Assembly (NCBI GenBank): GCA_005884745.1
Contig: VAZU01000049.1
Coordinates: 1 to 32,184 of the forward strand
Length of the DNA: 32,184 bases
Direction of reading: 5' to 3'
DNA from: Alphaproteobacteria bacterium
Lineage (GTDB): Bacteria; Pseudomonadota; Alphaproteobacteria; Rhizobiales; Xanthobacteraceae
Position numbers and translations under genes: made by a program. The notes beneath the pieces were generated by a model that did no database searches, was not told the origin of the DNA, and worked only from the letters and a program-made list of their open reading frames with translations. Shown piece by piece: positions 1 through 7,957 of this stretch (its first letter is position 1; each line of letters starts with the position of its first letter).

Positions 1-633
1 CGCGCCTTCGATCGCATGCTGCAGTTCCAGCCCGCACTGAAACGGGCAGTCACGCTGCTGCAGATCGCGGTGCCCTCGCGCGCCAAGATCGACGCCTATC
101 GCCAGCTCCAGGAGGAGCTTGCCGCGCTCGTCGGCGATATCAACGGGCGTCATTCCGAGGTCGACTGGGTTCCGATCCGGTATTTGAACAAGGGCTTTTC
201 GCAAGCGAAACTGGCGGGCCTCTACCGCACCGCGCGGGTCGGCCTCGTTACCCCGCTGAACGACGGCATGAACCTGGTCGCCAAGGAGTATGTGGCGGCG
301 CAGAACCCGCTCGACCCCGGCGTGCTGGTGCTTTCGAAATTCGCCGGCGCCGCCAGGCAGCTCGATTCCGCGCTACTGGTCAATCCCCACGATATCGACG
401 CGGTGGCGCGGGCGATCTCGAACGGGCTGGGGATGCCGAACGAAGAGCGCCGTGAGCGCTGGGGCGCCATGATGGAGACGCTGCAGTCTTCGTCGCTGAA
501 AGTGTGGATGAACGACTTCGTGTCCGCTCTCACCGCCTGTCCGCGGATGTCGCGGTTCGGGCTTGCGCCCGATCTCAGCGTCGAACCGCCGCCCCGGCGC
601 CGCGCGGAGCTCGCCGCAATTCAGAATCGCTGA
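1..633 (+). CDS. otsA: alpha,alpha-trehalose-phosphate synthase (OtsA), C-terminal part; 5' end lies outside the window
   Basis: Frame open from base 1 to TGA 631-633. The translation contains the GT20/OtsA C-terminal hallmark VTPLNDGMNLVAKEYVAAQ...GVLVLSKFAGAA...LVNPHDIDAVA. Confidence 0.9.
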   Translation, partial: RAFDRMLQFQPALKRAVTLLQIAVPSRAKIDAYRQLQEELAALVGDINGRHSEVDWVPIRYLNKGFSQAKLAGLYRTARVGLVTPLNDGMNLVAKEYVAAQNPLDPGVLVLSKFAGAARQLDSALLVNPHDIDAVARAISNGLGMPNEERRERWGAMMETLQSSSLKVWMNDFVSALTACPRMSRFGLAPDLSVEPPPRRRAELAAIQNR

Positions 634-708
634 TTTTCCCGGCTGGAATCTTCCTGAGACCGGAAAGCCGATGGGCGGGCTGGCGCCGCCGGCCGGGCGC
701 GCTGATTC

Positions 709-882
709 TCAGAAACCGACCCCGAAATACCGTACCAGGGACAATATGCCGAGGATGATCACGATCACGCGCAGGATTTGCTTGAGCCGACCCTCGATGG
801 GAAGCAGGTTCACGAGGTAGAGCACAAGAAGAATTACGACGAATGTGACCAGAACTCCGATCAGGATCGACAGCGCCGGCAT
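709..882 (-). CDS. small two-helix membrane protein (57 aa), resembles Thivi_2564-type small membrane proteins
   Basis: Internal ATG at 882 of ORF 709..1065 gives MPALSILIGVLVTFVVILLVLYLVNLLPIEGRLKQILRVIVIILGILSLVRYFGVGF, two hydrophobic helices. The upstream part of the ORF is R/P/G-rich and looks non-coding. The family assignment is from memory. Confidence 0.55.
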   Translation of the reverse strand: MPALSILIGVLVTFVVILLVLYLVNLLPIEGRLKQILRVIVIILGILSLVRYFGVGF

Positions 883-1155
883 GAATGCCCCCCCGTTTGA
901 TCGATGGTGTGGTCGAGTGTAGCACCAAACGCACGGGGCACCGAAACTCGAGTTCGGCATGGCGCGAATGTGCGGCACAACGGGGGAATGCCAAGGCGAA
1001 ACGGCTCCTGCCGGGCCGCCGATTTTTCCGGATAAGCCTGCACTCCGGACTGCTCGGCAGCTCACGCGGCCAGGAGCTTCTGGAGCCGGATCGGCGGGTC
1101 GCGAATCGCATTCCGGTCGCGTCGGGCGAGGCGCGCGCGGCCCAGGTCGCGCGGG

Positions 1156-1440
1156 CTAGCCGGATTTCGCAGTGGAGCCGGCCGAGAGCGTGGAACCTGG
1201 CGAGGCTGGCGTTTCGACCGGATAGGGATCGCGTCCGTAGGTCCACGCCGGGCGAAACAGGCGATCCTCGCCTTGCACGAGCACCTGCGCCTCGCGTCCG
1301 GCTTGGCCGTCGCGCTCGGCAAAGTCGATGGCCACCTGCAGGGCTTTCCGTTTGGTTGGATAAGGACCCGAGTAGCGATAGCCGGCGCGAATTTTCCATT
1401 CGCCCTTGCGCTTGGTGACGAAATATTGGGCACGGGGCAT
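1156..1440 (-). CDS. DUF2188 domain-containing protein
   Basis: 94-aa ORF MPRAQYFVTKRKGEWKIRAGYRYSGPYPTKRKALQVAIDFAERDGQ..., the DUF2188 pattern (W-K-V/I, K-A-I/L-A-A-A). GGAAG lies 6 nt upstream of the ATG. Confidence 0.8.
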   Translation of the reverse strand: MPRAQYFVTKRKGEWKIRAGYRYSGPYPTKRKALQVAIDFAERDGQAGREAQVLVQGEDRLFRPAWTYGRDPYPVETPASPGSTLSAGSTAKSG

Positions 1441-1484
1441 CGCGATCTTCCTGCCGGTGATGAACGAGGGAGGGACGCAGCAAC

Positions 1485-1509
1485 AACGCCGGCGGCGCCA
1501 AATCGTTCA
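1485..1509 (-). promoter_or_regulatory. near-consensus EcfG-type promoter (TGAAC-N16-CGTT) upstream of the DUF2188 gene
   Basis: Plus strand reads AACG(1485-1488)-N16-GTTCA(1505-1509). There is one mismatch in the -35 element. It sits 44 nt upstream of ATG 1440. Confidence 0.3.
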
Positions 1510-1919
1510 TCCGGAAAGCAAAATCGCCCGCCGGAGATCCCGGGACCGGCGCCTGATCGATTCTGCTGAAATTGGCACGTTCATTGCTAGCGAAACCCGT
1601 CATGACCGTCTGCATGCCGATCCGCTCGGGATCGATCCCGCCCACGCGAGGCGTTACCCGCGGGGCCGCAGGGGTCGGCTCGTTCCGTTCCGCCCACGGG
1701 CATTGGTTGTCTCATGCCTCGAACGCGCGCCGCGGGCGCTCCGGCAAGCACAAACCACAGGAATCTGCAGCGCTCGGCTTGCGGAAAAGGCAGAATCTGG
1801 CCATGAAATCAACACGGTCTGCTGCTCAACGATCATGAAATTGGCTCGTCTTGTCGGTTAGAGAACAGGACGCGCACAAAAAGAGCGGGCAGCAGGTTCG
1901 GAAGGGAAGGGGTTTGGCG

Positions 1920-2348
1920 ATGAAGGTAGGCGCTTTGCTCGGCGCGCTGCTTATGTTGCTGGGCATTACGTCCGCTTCGGCGACGATTCGAATTCACGAC
2001 GATCCCGGCGGTCGGATCGACAGATATCTCCAAAGATTCGCCAAGCTCCGGCACTCCGGCGAGCGCATCATCGTCGACGGAACCTGCAACTCGGCCTGCA
2101 CGCTGCTGTTGGGAACGATACCGCGCGGCAGGATCTGCGTGACCGAGCGCGCAAGTCTCGGGTTCCATGCGGCTTGGGTGTTCGACGGCCAGGGCCGACA
2201 GGTCGAGAGCCCGGCGTGGACCGGCGTGCTTTGGCGCAACTATCCGCCGTCGGTCCGCGATTGGATCAATCGCAATGGCGGCCTCACGCCGCGCATGATT
2301 TTTCTGCGCGGCAACGAATTGATGTCGATGTATCCGCTCTGCACCTGA
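1920..2348 (+). CDS. hypothetical exported protein (142 aa), possibly COG3904-like periplasmic protein
   Basis: ATG 1920 is preceded by GGAAGGGAAGGGG. N-terminus MKVGALLGALLMLLGITSASA looks like a signal peptide. Conserved-looking core GGRIDRYL...IIVDGTCNSACTLLLG...GFHAAW. Confidence 0.65.
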   Translation: MKVGALLGALLMLLGITSASATIRIHDDPGGRIDRYLQRFAKLRHSGERIIVDGTCNSACTLLLGTIPRGRICVTERASLGFHAAWVFDGQGRQVESPAWTGVLWRNYPPSVRDWINRNGGLTPRMIFLRGNELMSMYPLCT

Positions 2349-2484
2349 TCTGCAGGTAATCGAGGTTATCCGCAGCGGCACCGCTCGCGCCACTGCATGC
2401 CGGCCCTCCAGCGTACCCAGACCCAGTGATGCTCGTCGGGCAGCGATTCCTCGCGCCGCCCGACTCGCGGATTCGTGATGTTTC

Positions 2485-2805
2485 TCACGTGCTGGGCGGC
2501 GGCGCGAAAAAGCAGCGGCGACTTCCATCCGCCCGCTTGCAGCGCCAGTACGCGCCGTCGGGGCTCGGCTGTGCCTCGCTGAACGGCACGAGCTCGTTGT
2601 CATACTCCCTGAGTATGTAGCCGATGCCGTTCATGGAGACTTTCTCACCTGGGATGGTGAAGCAGTCGCCCGCCCCGCAGCACCACTCGCCCGCAGCGTT
2701 GCGAAATCCGCCGCGGTTGATCCAAAGATCATGTGCGGACGCAAGCGAACCGATCGCCAACACAGTTCCAACCAAACCAACAAGAGCGATCGACCGCAGT
2801 GTCAT
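2485..2805 (-). CDS. small exported Cys-rich hypothetical protein (106 aa)
   Basis: Internal ATG at 2805 gives MTLRSIALVGLVGTVLAIGSLASAHD... (signal peptide) and a mature part with six Cys. GGAGG lies 7 nt upstream and an exact EcfG-type promoter 19 nt upstream. Confidence 0.7.
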   Translation of the reverse strand: MTLRSIALVGLVGTVLAIGSLASAHDLWINRGGFRNAAGEWCCGAGDCFTIPGEKVSMNGIGYILREYDNELVPFSEAQPSPDGAYWRCKRADGSRRCFFAPPPST

Positions 2806-2824
2806 GGCAGTACCTCCGGCCTCC

Positions 2825-2849
2825 AACGCGGCACTTTCCCTGGAGTTCC
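2825..2849 (-). promoter_or_regulatory. EcfG-type (general stress response) promoter, exact GGAAC-N16-CGTT
   Basis: Plus strand reads AACG(2825-2828)-N16-GTTCC(2845-2849), which is GGAAC-N16-CGTT on the minus strand and points at ATG 2805. Confidence 0.7.
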
Positions 2850-2895
2850 TAGACCGACATACCGGCTCCTCTCTCGCACTCCGGCATCGAGCCGC

Positions 2896-2914
2896 CGCGG
2901 CCGCTGCGGCCGCG
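2896..2914. repeat. perfect 9+1+9 GC-rich palindrome between two divergent EcfG-type promoters
   Basis: CGCGGCCGC-T-GCGGCCGCG. Each arm also contains the GCGGCCGC palindrome. Confidence 0.6.
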
Positions 2915-2924
2915 AACGGGGCGT

Positions 2925-2949
2925 GGAACTTCATACGCGCGCGGGCGTT
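2925..2949 (+). promoter_or_regulatory. EcfG-type (general stress response) promoter, exact GGAAC-N16-CGTT
   Basis: GGAAC 2925-2929, 16-nt spacer, CGTT 2946-2949; 62 nt upstream of ATG 3012. Confidence 0.7.
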
Positions 2950-3011
2950 CGGAAATGCGGGCCAGTCCATCCGCGCCGCGCGAAGGAGTTTCTTCGCGAA
3001 GGAGATTCTTC

Positions 3012-3353
3012 ATGGCGAAATCACCCGCCGTGCCGGGTGCTCGATCGCGAGCCGACCGAGGTCCGCGGTTTGCGGCGCTTGCCGTTGCTGCCGCATTCTC
3101 CGTGCCGATCATGCCGGCGGCCGATGCGGCCGAACTTCCGGGATCCGCGGCGGATCGCGGTAATCAGCCGTCCACCGACGCCGGCCCTTCGGGCAACCTC
3201 AGCGAGCGGCTGAACCAGTCCGGCGGCGTGATCAAGCCGCCCGAGAATGTCGATCCCGGCTTGCAGAGAAAGCCGCCGGATGATTCGAGCAAGATGCCGG
3301 TCATTCCCCCGCCGGGTACCCCGGGCGGAGATCCGAACGTCAAGCCGAAATAG
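3012..3353 (+). CDS. exported Pro/Gly-rich hypothetical protein (113 aa)
   Basis: ATG 3012 is preceded by AAGGAG. Translation MAKSPAVPGARSRADRGPRFAALAVAAAFSVPIMPAADA (signal-like), then PPENVDPGLQRKPPDD...PPPGTPGGDPNVKPK. The ORF-track start at 2955 would fall at or before the predicted TSS. Confidence 0.7.
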   Translation: MAKSPAVPGARSRADRGPRFAALAVAAAFSVPIMPAADAAELPGSAADRGNQPSTDAGPSGNLSERLNQSGGVIKPPENVDPGLQRKPPDDSSKMPVIPPPGTPGGDPNVKPK

Positions 3354-3372
3354 CCCGCGAACCGCCAGCCGG

Positions 3373-3999
3373 TCACGCGGCCTCCCGCAGCGCCTGCTTG
3401 CACATGCGCAGGTCTCCGACAAAACGCCGATATTCCTGCTCCTTGTCCGCACGCTCGATGATGCGCAGCAGATACGAGGGATGGATGGTCACCGCCAGTC
3501 GCATGCCGTCCCCGGCCTCGAGGATCTTCCCGCGAACGGCAGCGATCGATACGGTGCGGTTGAGCAGGCTGCGGGCGGCGGTCGCGCCGAGCGCGACCAC
3601 GAGCTCCGGCTTGACGATCGCGCGCTCGAGATCGAGCCACCACCGGCAGCGTTCGATCTCATAGGCGTTCGGGCGTTTGTGCAGCCGGCGCTTGCCGCGC
3701 AGCTCGAACTTGAAATGCTTCACCGCGTTGGTGACGAACACCTTGCTGCGGTCGAGCCCTGCGTCCGCCAAGGCGCGGTCCAGCACACGGCCTGCCGGTC
3801 CCACGAACGGCTTGCCGGCGAGGTCCTCGTCGTTTCCCGGCTGCTCGCCGACCAGCATCAGTGCCGCCGAGATCGGTCCCTCCCCGGGGACGACCTGCGT
3901 GGCATCGCGATAGAGCGGACAGCGTGTGCATTGTGCTTCGGCGTCGCGAAGCTTGCGCAACGAGGTGATCTCGGTGGCTTCCGTGCTGAAAAGGCTCAT
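3373..3999 (-). CDS. udgX: UdgX-type uracil-DNA binding protein (family 4 UDG fold)
   Basis: Internal ATG 3999 gives 208 aa. It has family-4 UDG motifs CTRCPLY, LVGEQPGNDED and IHPSYLLR, plus the UdgX-specific loop KHFKFELRGKRRLHKRP (KRRIH-type with His). Confidence 0.85.
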   Translation of the reverse strand: MSLFSTEATEITSLRKLRDAEAQCTRCPLYRDATQVVPGEGPISAALMLVGEQPGNDEDLAGKPFVGPAGRVLDRALADAGLDRSKVFVTNAVKHFKFELRGKRRLHKRPNAYEIERCRWWLDLERAIVKPELVVALGATAARSLLNRTVSIAAVRGKILEAGDGMRLAVTIHPSYLLRIIERADKEQEYRRFVGDLRMCKQALREAA

Positions 4000-4157
4000 G
4001 TTGCGCGTCGCCTTGCTGCCGTCAGCAAAACCGCAATTTGCTGCCAATGTTCCTGGACGGCGGCTCGACGCCGGTCGGGCGAGCATGCACTCGGCCGGCG
4101 GAACGCCAACGGCTATATTGCCCCTGCAATTTGCGGCGGAGGCATTGGAAAACAGCC

Positions 4158-5516
4158 ATGGGCACGAGACCGCTGCTCGTGATGGCCGTGCTGGCGCTAG
4201 CGCCTGCCGGCGTTTCCGCCCAGCTTGCGACAGAGGTGCGGGCGCTCCTGACCGGCAAGGCCGCGATGGGCGACTGGCGCTCCGATGCGCCCGGCGTGCG
4301 CCGGCGCATCGCACCCTCCGACTTGCCGGCACCCTATGCCACCGCGTCGGCGCGCAATGGCCCGCGGATCGTGCCGCGCCCGCCGTCCGCCTCTCCGCAG
4401 GTTCCGCGGGGCTTTCGTGTCGAACGCCTGCCGGCGGAGCTCGATGCGCCGCGGATCGTGCGCGCCGCGCCGAACGGCGACATTTTCATCGCGGAGACGC
4501 AGGCCGGGCGCATCCGGGTGCTGCGCACTCCGGAAGGCGCAACCAGGCCCGATCGGATCGAGACCTTCGCATCGAGGCTCAATGAACCGTTCGGGTTGGC
4601 CTTCCATCCTCCCGGAAGCGAGCCGGAATGGCTGTACGTCGCCGATACCGACGCTGTGCTGCGCTTTCCCTATCGCAGCGGCGACTTGACCGCGCGCGGC
4701 GATGCGGACGTCGTCGTCCCCGATCTCCCGCGCGGGCGCGGCCATTCGACCCGCGATATCGCCTTCTCGCGCGACGGCAAGCAGATGTTCGTCTCCGTCG
4801 GGTCCGGATCGAACGACGGCGAAGACATGCGCAGGCTCGGCGCGGCCGAGATCAAGGATTGGGAAGTCCGGCACGGACCGGGCGCCGCTTGGGGCCGTGA
4901 GACCAACCGTGCCGCCGTTCTGGTCTTCGATCCCGACGGCAACAACGGCCGGGTATTCGCCGCCGGCATCAGGAATTGCGTCGGGCTTGCCGTCGATCCC
5001 GGCAGCGGCGAATTGTGGTGCTCCACCAACGAACGCGACGGGCTCGGGGACGACCTCGTTCCGGACTATGTCACGCGCGTGCGCGACGGCGCCTTCTATG
5101 GCTGGCCGTGGTTTTATCTCGGGGCCAACGAGGATCCCCGCCACCTCGGCGAGCGCCCGGATTTACGCGACAGAGTGACGGTACCGGATGTGCTGCTGCA
5201 ATCGCATTCGGCCTCGATGGAGATGACGTTCTACGGCGCCGCGCAATTCCCCGCCGAATATCGCGGCAGTATTTTTGCCGCGGAGCATGGTTCCTGGAAC
5301 CGCAGCAGTCGCACCGGATACAAGGTCGTCCGGGTGATGATGCAGAACGGGGCTCCGACGGGCGAGTACGTCGATTTCATGACCGGCTTCGTGGTCAGCG
5401 ACAAGAACGTCTGGGGCCGACCGGTCGGCGTGGCGGTGGCGCGGGATGGCTCGCTGCTCGTGACCGAGGACGGAAACGGGAGCATCTGGCGAATTTGGTA
5501 CGACGGTCGGGATTGA
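4158..5516 (+). CDS. PQQ-dependent sugar (sorbosone/glucose) dehydrogenase family protein, exported
   Basis: ATG 4158 gives MGTRPLLVMAVLALAPAGVSAQ (signal). Beta-propeller family strings follow: FGLAFHP, LYVADT, IRNCVGLAVDPGSGELWCSTNERDGLGDDLVPDY, GAFYGWPW, GRPVGVAVARDGSLLVTEDGNGSIWRI. Confidence 0.85.
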   Translation: MGTRPLLVMAVLALAPAGVSAQLATEVRALLTGKAAMGDWRSDAPGVRRRIAPSDLPAPYATASARNGPRIVPRPPSASPQVPRGFRVERLPAELDAPRIVRAAPNGDIFIAETQAGRIRVLRTPEGATRPDRIETFASRLNEPFGLAFHPPGSEPEWLYVADTDAVLRFPYRSGDLTARGDADVVVPDLPRGRGHSTRDIAFSRDGKQMFVSVGSGSNDGEDMRRLGAAEIKDWEVRHGPGAAWGRETNRAAVLVFDPDGNNGRVFAAGIRNCVGLAVDPGSGELWCSTNERDGLGDDLVPDYVTRVRDGAFYGWPWFYLGANEDPRHLGERPDLRDRVTVPDVLLQSHSASMEMTFYGAAQFPAEYRGSIFAAEHGSWNRSSRTGYKVVRVMMQNGAPTGEYVDFMTGFVVSDKNVWGRPVGVAVARDGSLLVTEDGNGSIWRIWYDGRD

Positions 5517-5548
5517 GAACGGGTGCCGGCCTGCGTCGGCGGGCGAAG

Positions 5549-5573
5549 GGAACCGTCCCGCGCATGCCGCGTT
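5549..5573 (+). promoter_or_regulatory. EcfG-type (general stress response) promoter, exact GGAAC-N16-CGTT
   Basis: GGAAC 5549-5553, 16-nt spacer, CGTT 5570-5573; 30 nt upstream of ATG 5604. Confidence 0.75.
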
Positions 5574-5603
5574 GGCTAGATTCTCCGCGGCTTGGAGGCC
5601 TCG

Positions 5604-5756
5604 ATGCTCTCCACCATTCTCGTCATCATTCTCATTCTGCTCCTGGTCGGCGCGCTTCCGCGATGGGGTTACCACAGGCGCGGCTATGGACCGAGCGGGC
5701 TGATCGGGCTCGTTCTCGTCATCCTTCTGATCCTGGCGTTGTTGCACCGGATCTGA
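5604..5756 (+). CDS. DUF3309 family small membrane protein (50 aa)
   Basis: Not in the ORF track because it is under 60 aa. ATG 5604 is preceded by GGAGG. Translation MLSTILVIILILLLVGALPRWGYHRRGYGPSGLIGLVLVILLILALLHRI*, the typical DUF3309 pattern (LPxWxYS/H..GYxPSG). Confidence 0.75.
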   Translation: MLSTILVIILILLLVGALPRWGYHRRGYGPSGLIGLVLVILLILALLHRI

Positions 5757-5828
5757 GCCGGCAACGGACGAGCCGTCCCGTCAGTCGGGAACTGCCCGGG
5801 AGGCGTGCACGGATCGGCTACGCCCGGG

Positions 5829-5854
5829 GGAACCATCCGGGATCGGCTGACGTT
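5829..5854 (+). promoter_or_regulatory. EcfG-type (general stress response) promoter, exact GGAAC-N17-CGTT
   Basis: GGAAC 5829-5833, 17-nt spacer, CGTT 5851-5854; 93 nt upstream of the degP ATG 5948. Confidence 0.6.
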
Positions 5855-5947
5855 CACGACGAGCGTGGCAATTGTCTCGTCGTGCGACGGATGTCGGCAA
5901 GACTGCCCGGGGAATCCCTGAATGCCGCTCCCGATGGAGGATAGTCC

Positions 5948-7450
5948 ATGATTGGCCGCGCCAAGTCCGGTGCCGAGCCGGCTTGCACCTCTGCGGCGAA
6001 TCGGCTGCTCGGCTCCGCATGGATTTTGGCGCCGGCGATCGCCGCCGTTGTGGCGCTGTCGATTCCGGCCAGCGTGCATCCCGCCGTTGCCGCCGAAGTC
6101 AATGCGCATGGAGCGCCGCACCCGGTCGGCTTTGCCGATATCGCCGCGAAGGTGAAATCGGCGGTGATCGGCGTGCGCGTGAAAGTGGAGAACGCGGAAT
6201 CGCAGTTGGCCGACCAGGATCTTCCATTCCCTCCCGGTTCGCCGTTCTACAAATTCTTTGGAACTCCGGATCAAAACCCGCAAAAACGCCGCTTCGGCAC
6301 CGCGTTGGGTTCCGGCTTCTTCGTCTCCTCCGACGGTTATGCGGTGACCAACAATCATGTGGTCGAGAACGGGCGCAATTTCGAGATCACGACGGATGAC
6401 GGCAAGACCTATGCGGCCAAGGTGATCGGCACGGATTCGAAGACCGACGTGGCGCTGATCAAGGTGGACGGACATAACGATTTTCCCTACGTCCGATTCT
6501 CCAGCAGCGAGCCGCGGGTCGGAGATTGGGTGCTCGCGGTCGGCAATCCGTTCGGGCTCGGCGGTACCGTGACCGCCGGCATCGTCTCGGCCCGCGGGCG
6601 TGACATCGGGGCCGGGTCGTTCGACGATTTCATCCAGATCGACGCGCCGGTCAACAAGGGCAATTCCGGCGGGCCCACCTTCGACGTTCAGGGCGAAGTG
6701 ATCGGGGTCAACGCCGCGATCTTCTCCCCGTCGGGAGGCTTCATCGGTATCGCCTTCGCCATCCCGGCCGAAACGGTGAAGCTCGTGGTGGAGCAGCTCA
6801 AGGAGAAGGGATCGATCATCCGCGGCTGGCTCGGCGTGCAGATTCAGACCGTCACACCCGAGATCGCCGAAAGCCTCGGGCTCAAGAAAGCGGAAGGTGC
6901 CTTGGTCGCCGAACCGCAGCCCGGCACCCCGGCGATGAAAGCCGGAATCAAATCCGGCGACATCATCTCGTCGGTGAACGATCAGCCGGTGAAGGATTCG
7001 CGGGATCTCGCCAGAAAGATCGCCGGCATGCCGCCCGGGACCTCGATCAAGCTCGGCACGTTGCGCAATGGCCAGCCCAAGACCCTGACGGTGACGCTCG
7101 GCGAGCTTCCGAACACGCCGGCCCGCGCCGAATCCAGGCAGCAGCCGAGCGAGCGGCCGAACGCTCCGAGTGAAGAGACCGGTCTTGGCCTCTCCCTCGC
7201 CCCGGCCCGCAAGGTCGCCGGCGCCGGCAGCCTGGGCGTTGTCGTGACCCAGGTCGACCCCGGCGGTCACGCCGCCGACAGCGGGCTGGACGCCGGCGAC
7301 GTCATCCTGGAAGTCGGCGGAAAGCCGGTGAACACTCCGACCGACGTCCGCAATGCGGTGAATGAGGCCCGCGGCCATGCGAAGCACACGGTGCTGCTGC
7401 GCGTCAAAACCGGGCAGAACACCCGGTTCGTCGCCGTTCCAATCGGTTAG
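5948..7450 (+). CDS. degP: Do/DegP/HtrA-family periplasmic serine endoprotease with two PDZ domains
   Basis: 500-aa ORF with GGAGGA upstream. Catalytic triad contexts are TNNHVV, DVALIKV and GNSGGP. Two PDZ-like segments are present (GWLGVQIQ..., LGVVVTQVDPGG...AGDVILEVGG). Confidence 0.95.
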   Translation: MIGRAKSGAEPACTSAANRLLGSAWILAPAIAAVVALSIPASVHPAVAAEVNAHGAPHPVGFADIAAKVKSAVIGVRVKVENAESQLADQDLPFPPGSPFYKFFGTPDQNPQKRRFGTALGSGFFVSSDGYAVTNNHVVENGRNFEITTDDGKTYAAKVIGTDSKTDVALIKVDGHNDFPYVRFSSSEPRVGDWVLAVGNPFGLGGTVTAGIVSARGRDIGAGSFDDFIQIDAPVNKGNSGGPTFDVQGEVIGVNAAIFSPSGGFIGIAFAIPAETVKLVVEQLKEKGSIIRGWLGVQIQTVTPEIAESLGLKKAEGALVAEPQPGTPAMKAGIKSGDIISSVNDQPVKDSRDLARKIAGMPPGTSIKLGTLRNGQPKTLTVTLGELPNTPARAESRQQPSERPNAPSEETGLGLSLAPARKVAGAGSLGVVVTQVDPGGHAADSGLDAGDVILEVGGKPVNTPTDVRNAVNEARGHAKHTVLLRVKTGQNTRFVAVPIG

Positions 7451-7477
7451 CTGGGGCCGCCGCGAGGGGGCGAGCGG

Positions 7478-7903
7478 CTATTGATTTGGTCGGCTCTTGA
7501 GCAGGTCGCGAATTTCCGTCAGCAGCACCTCCTGGCGCGAGGGCGGCGGCGCGGCCGCCGGGTCCGCGGCTTCGAGCCGCTTCAGGCGGTTCATCAGCCG
7601 CGCGACGAAGAACATCACCCAGGCGATGATCAGAAAGTTGAGCACGAAGGTGAAAAAAATTCCCCAAGCGAGAACTGCGCCCTGCTTTTTGGCTTCGGCC
7701 AGCGTGGTCGCGGTCACCCGGCCGGAAAGCGCGACGAAATAATTGGAGAAGTCGAGCCCGCCGGTTAGCGCGCCGACGACCGGCATGAAGACTTCCCCGA
7801 CCAGGGATTCCACGATCTTGCCGAAGGCGGCGCCGATGATGACGCCGACTGCAAGATCCACGACGCTGCCGCGCAACGCAAATTCCCGAAATTCCTTGAG
7901 CAT
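7478..7903 (-). CDS. mscL: large-conductance mechanosensitive channel MscL
   Basis: 141-aa [38 protein letters not shown]...FMPVVG, the canonical MscL N-terminus. GGAGGA lies upstream. Confidence 0.95.
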   Translation of the reverse strand: MLKEFREFALRGSVVDLAVGVIIGAAFGKIVESLVGEVFMPVVGALTGGLDFSNYFVALSGRVTATTLAEAKKQGAVLAWGIFFTFVLNFLIIAWVMFFVARLMNRLKRLEAADPAAAPPPSRQEVLLTEIRDLLKSRPNQ

Positions 7904-7957
7904 CGGCTCCTCCGCTCTGCCGCGAGGCTTGGCTCGAGCGCGGCGATGAGATGCGCT

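Noticed and set aside
634-708. Possible bidirectional terminator between otsA and the small membrane protein gene (GGCTGGCG-C-CGCCGGCC region). A similar weak hairpin lies at 7456..7478 between degP and mscL.
   Set aside because: The stems are imperfect or have loops that are too short or too long. There are no flanking T/A tracts, so they are not convincing as intrinsic terminators.
2955-3011. The ORF-track upstream extension (start 2955) of the exported Pro-rich protein, and similar 5' extensions of ORFs 4038, 1851, 14624, 15237, 19265, 3373..4332, 7958..8902, 9983..11008, 20433..23822 and 23345..25249.
   Set aside because: Internal ATGs with good SD sequences give canonical N-termini or signal peptides. 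The extensions overlap upstream genes or promoters and are compositionally non-coding.
4029-4053. One-mismatch EcfG-like motifs upstream of udgX (GGAAC-N16-GGTT, 4053..4029), dedA (GGAAC-N16-GATT, 11104..11128), the DUF2188 gene (TGAAC-N16-CGTT, 1509..1485) and Host_attach (GCAAC-N17-CGTT, 8479..8454).
   Set aside because: One-mismatch variants also occur inside genes, for example GGAAC-N16-GGTT at 25060..25084 and 28394..28418, so they are not distinguishable from background by sequence alone. Two are kept only as low-confidence features.
5684-7387. Very long ORFs antisense to real genes, for example 5684..7387 versus degP, 17056..19596 versus the PBP, 20739..22199 and 22200..23420 versus treY, 23426..24703 versus treZ, 25159..26523 versus glgX, 28059..30137 versus glgB, 575..1645, 10938..11891, 11755..13140, 13236..14399 and 14717..15805.
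   Set aside because: Their translations are R/A/G/P-rich with no family motifs. Each fully overlaps a gene with strong, motif-level homology on the other strand. Stop-poor antisense frames are expected in high-GC DNA.
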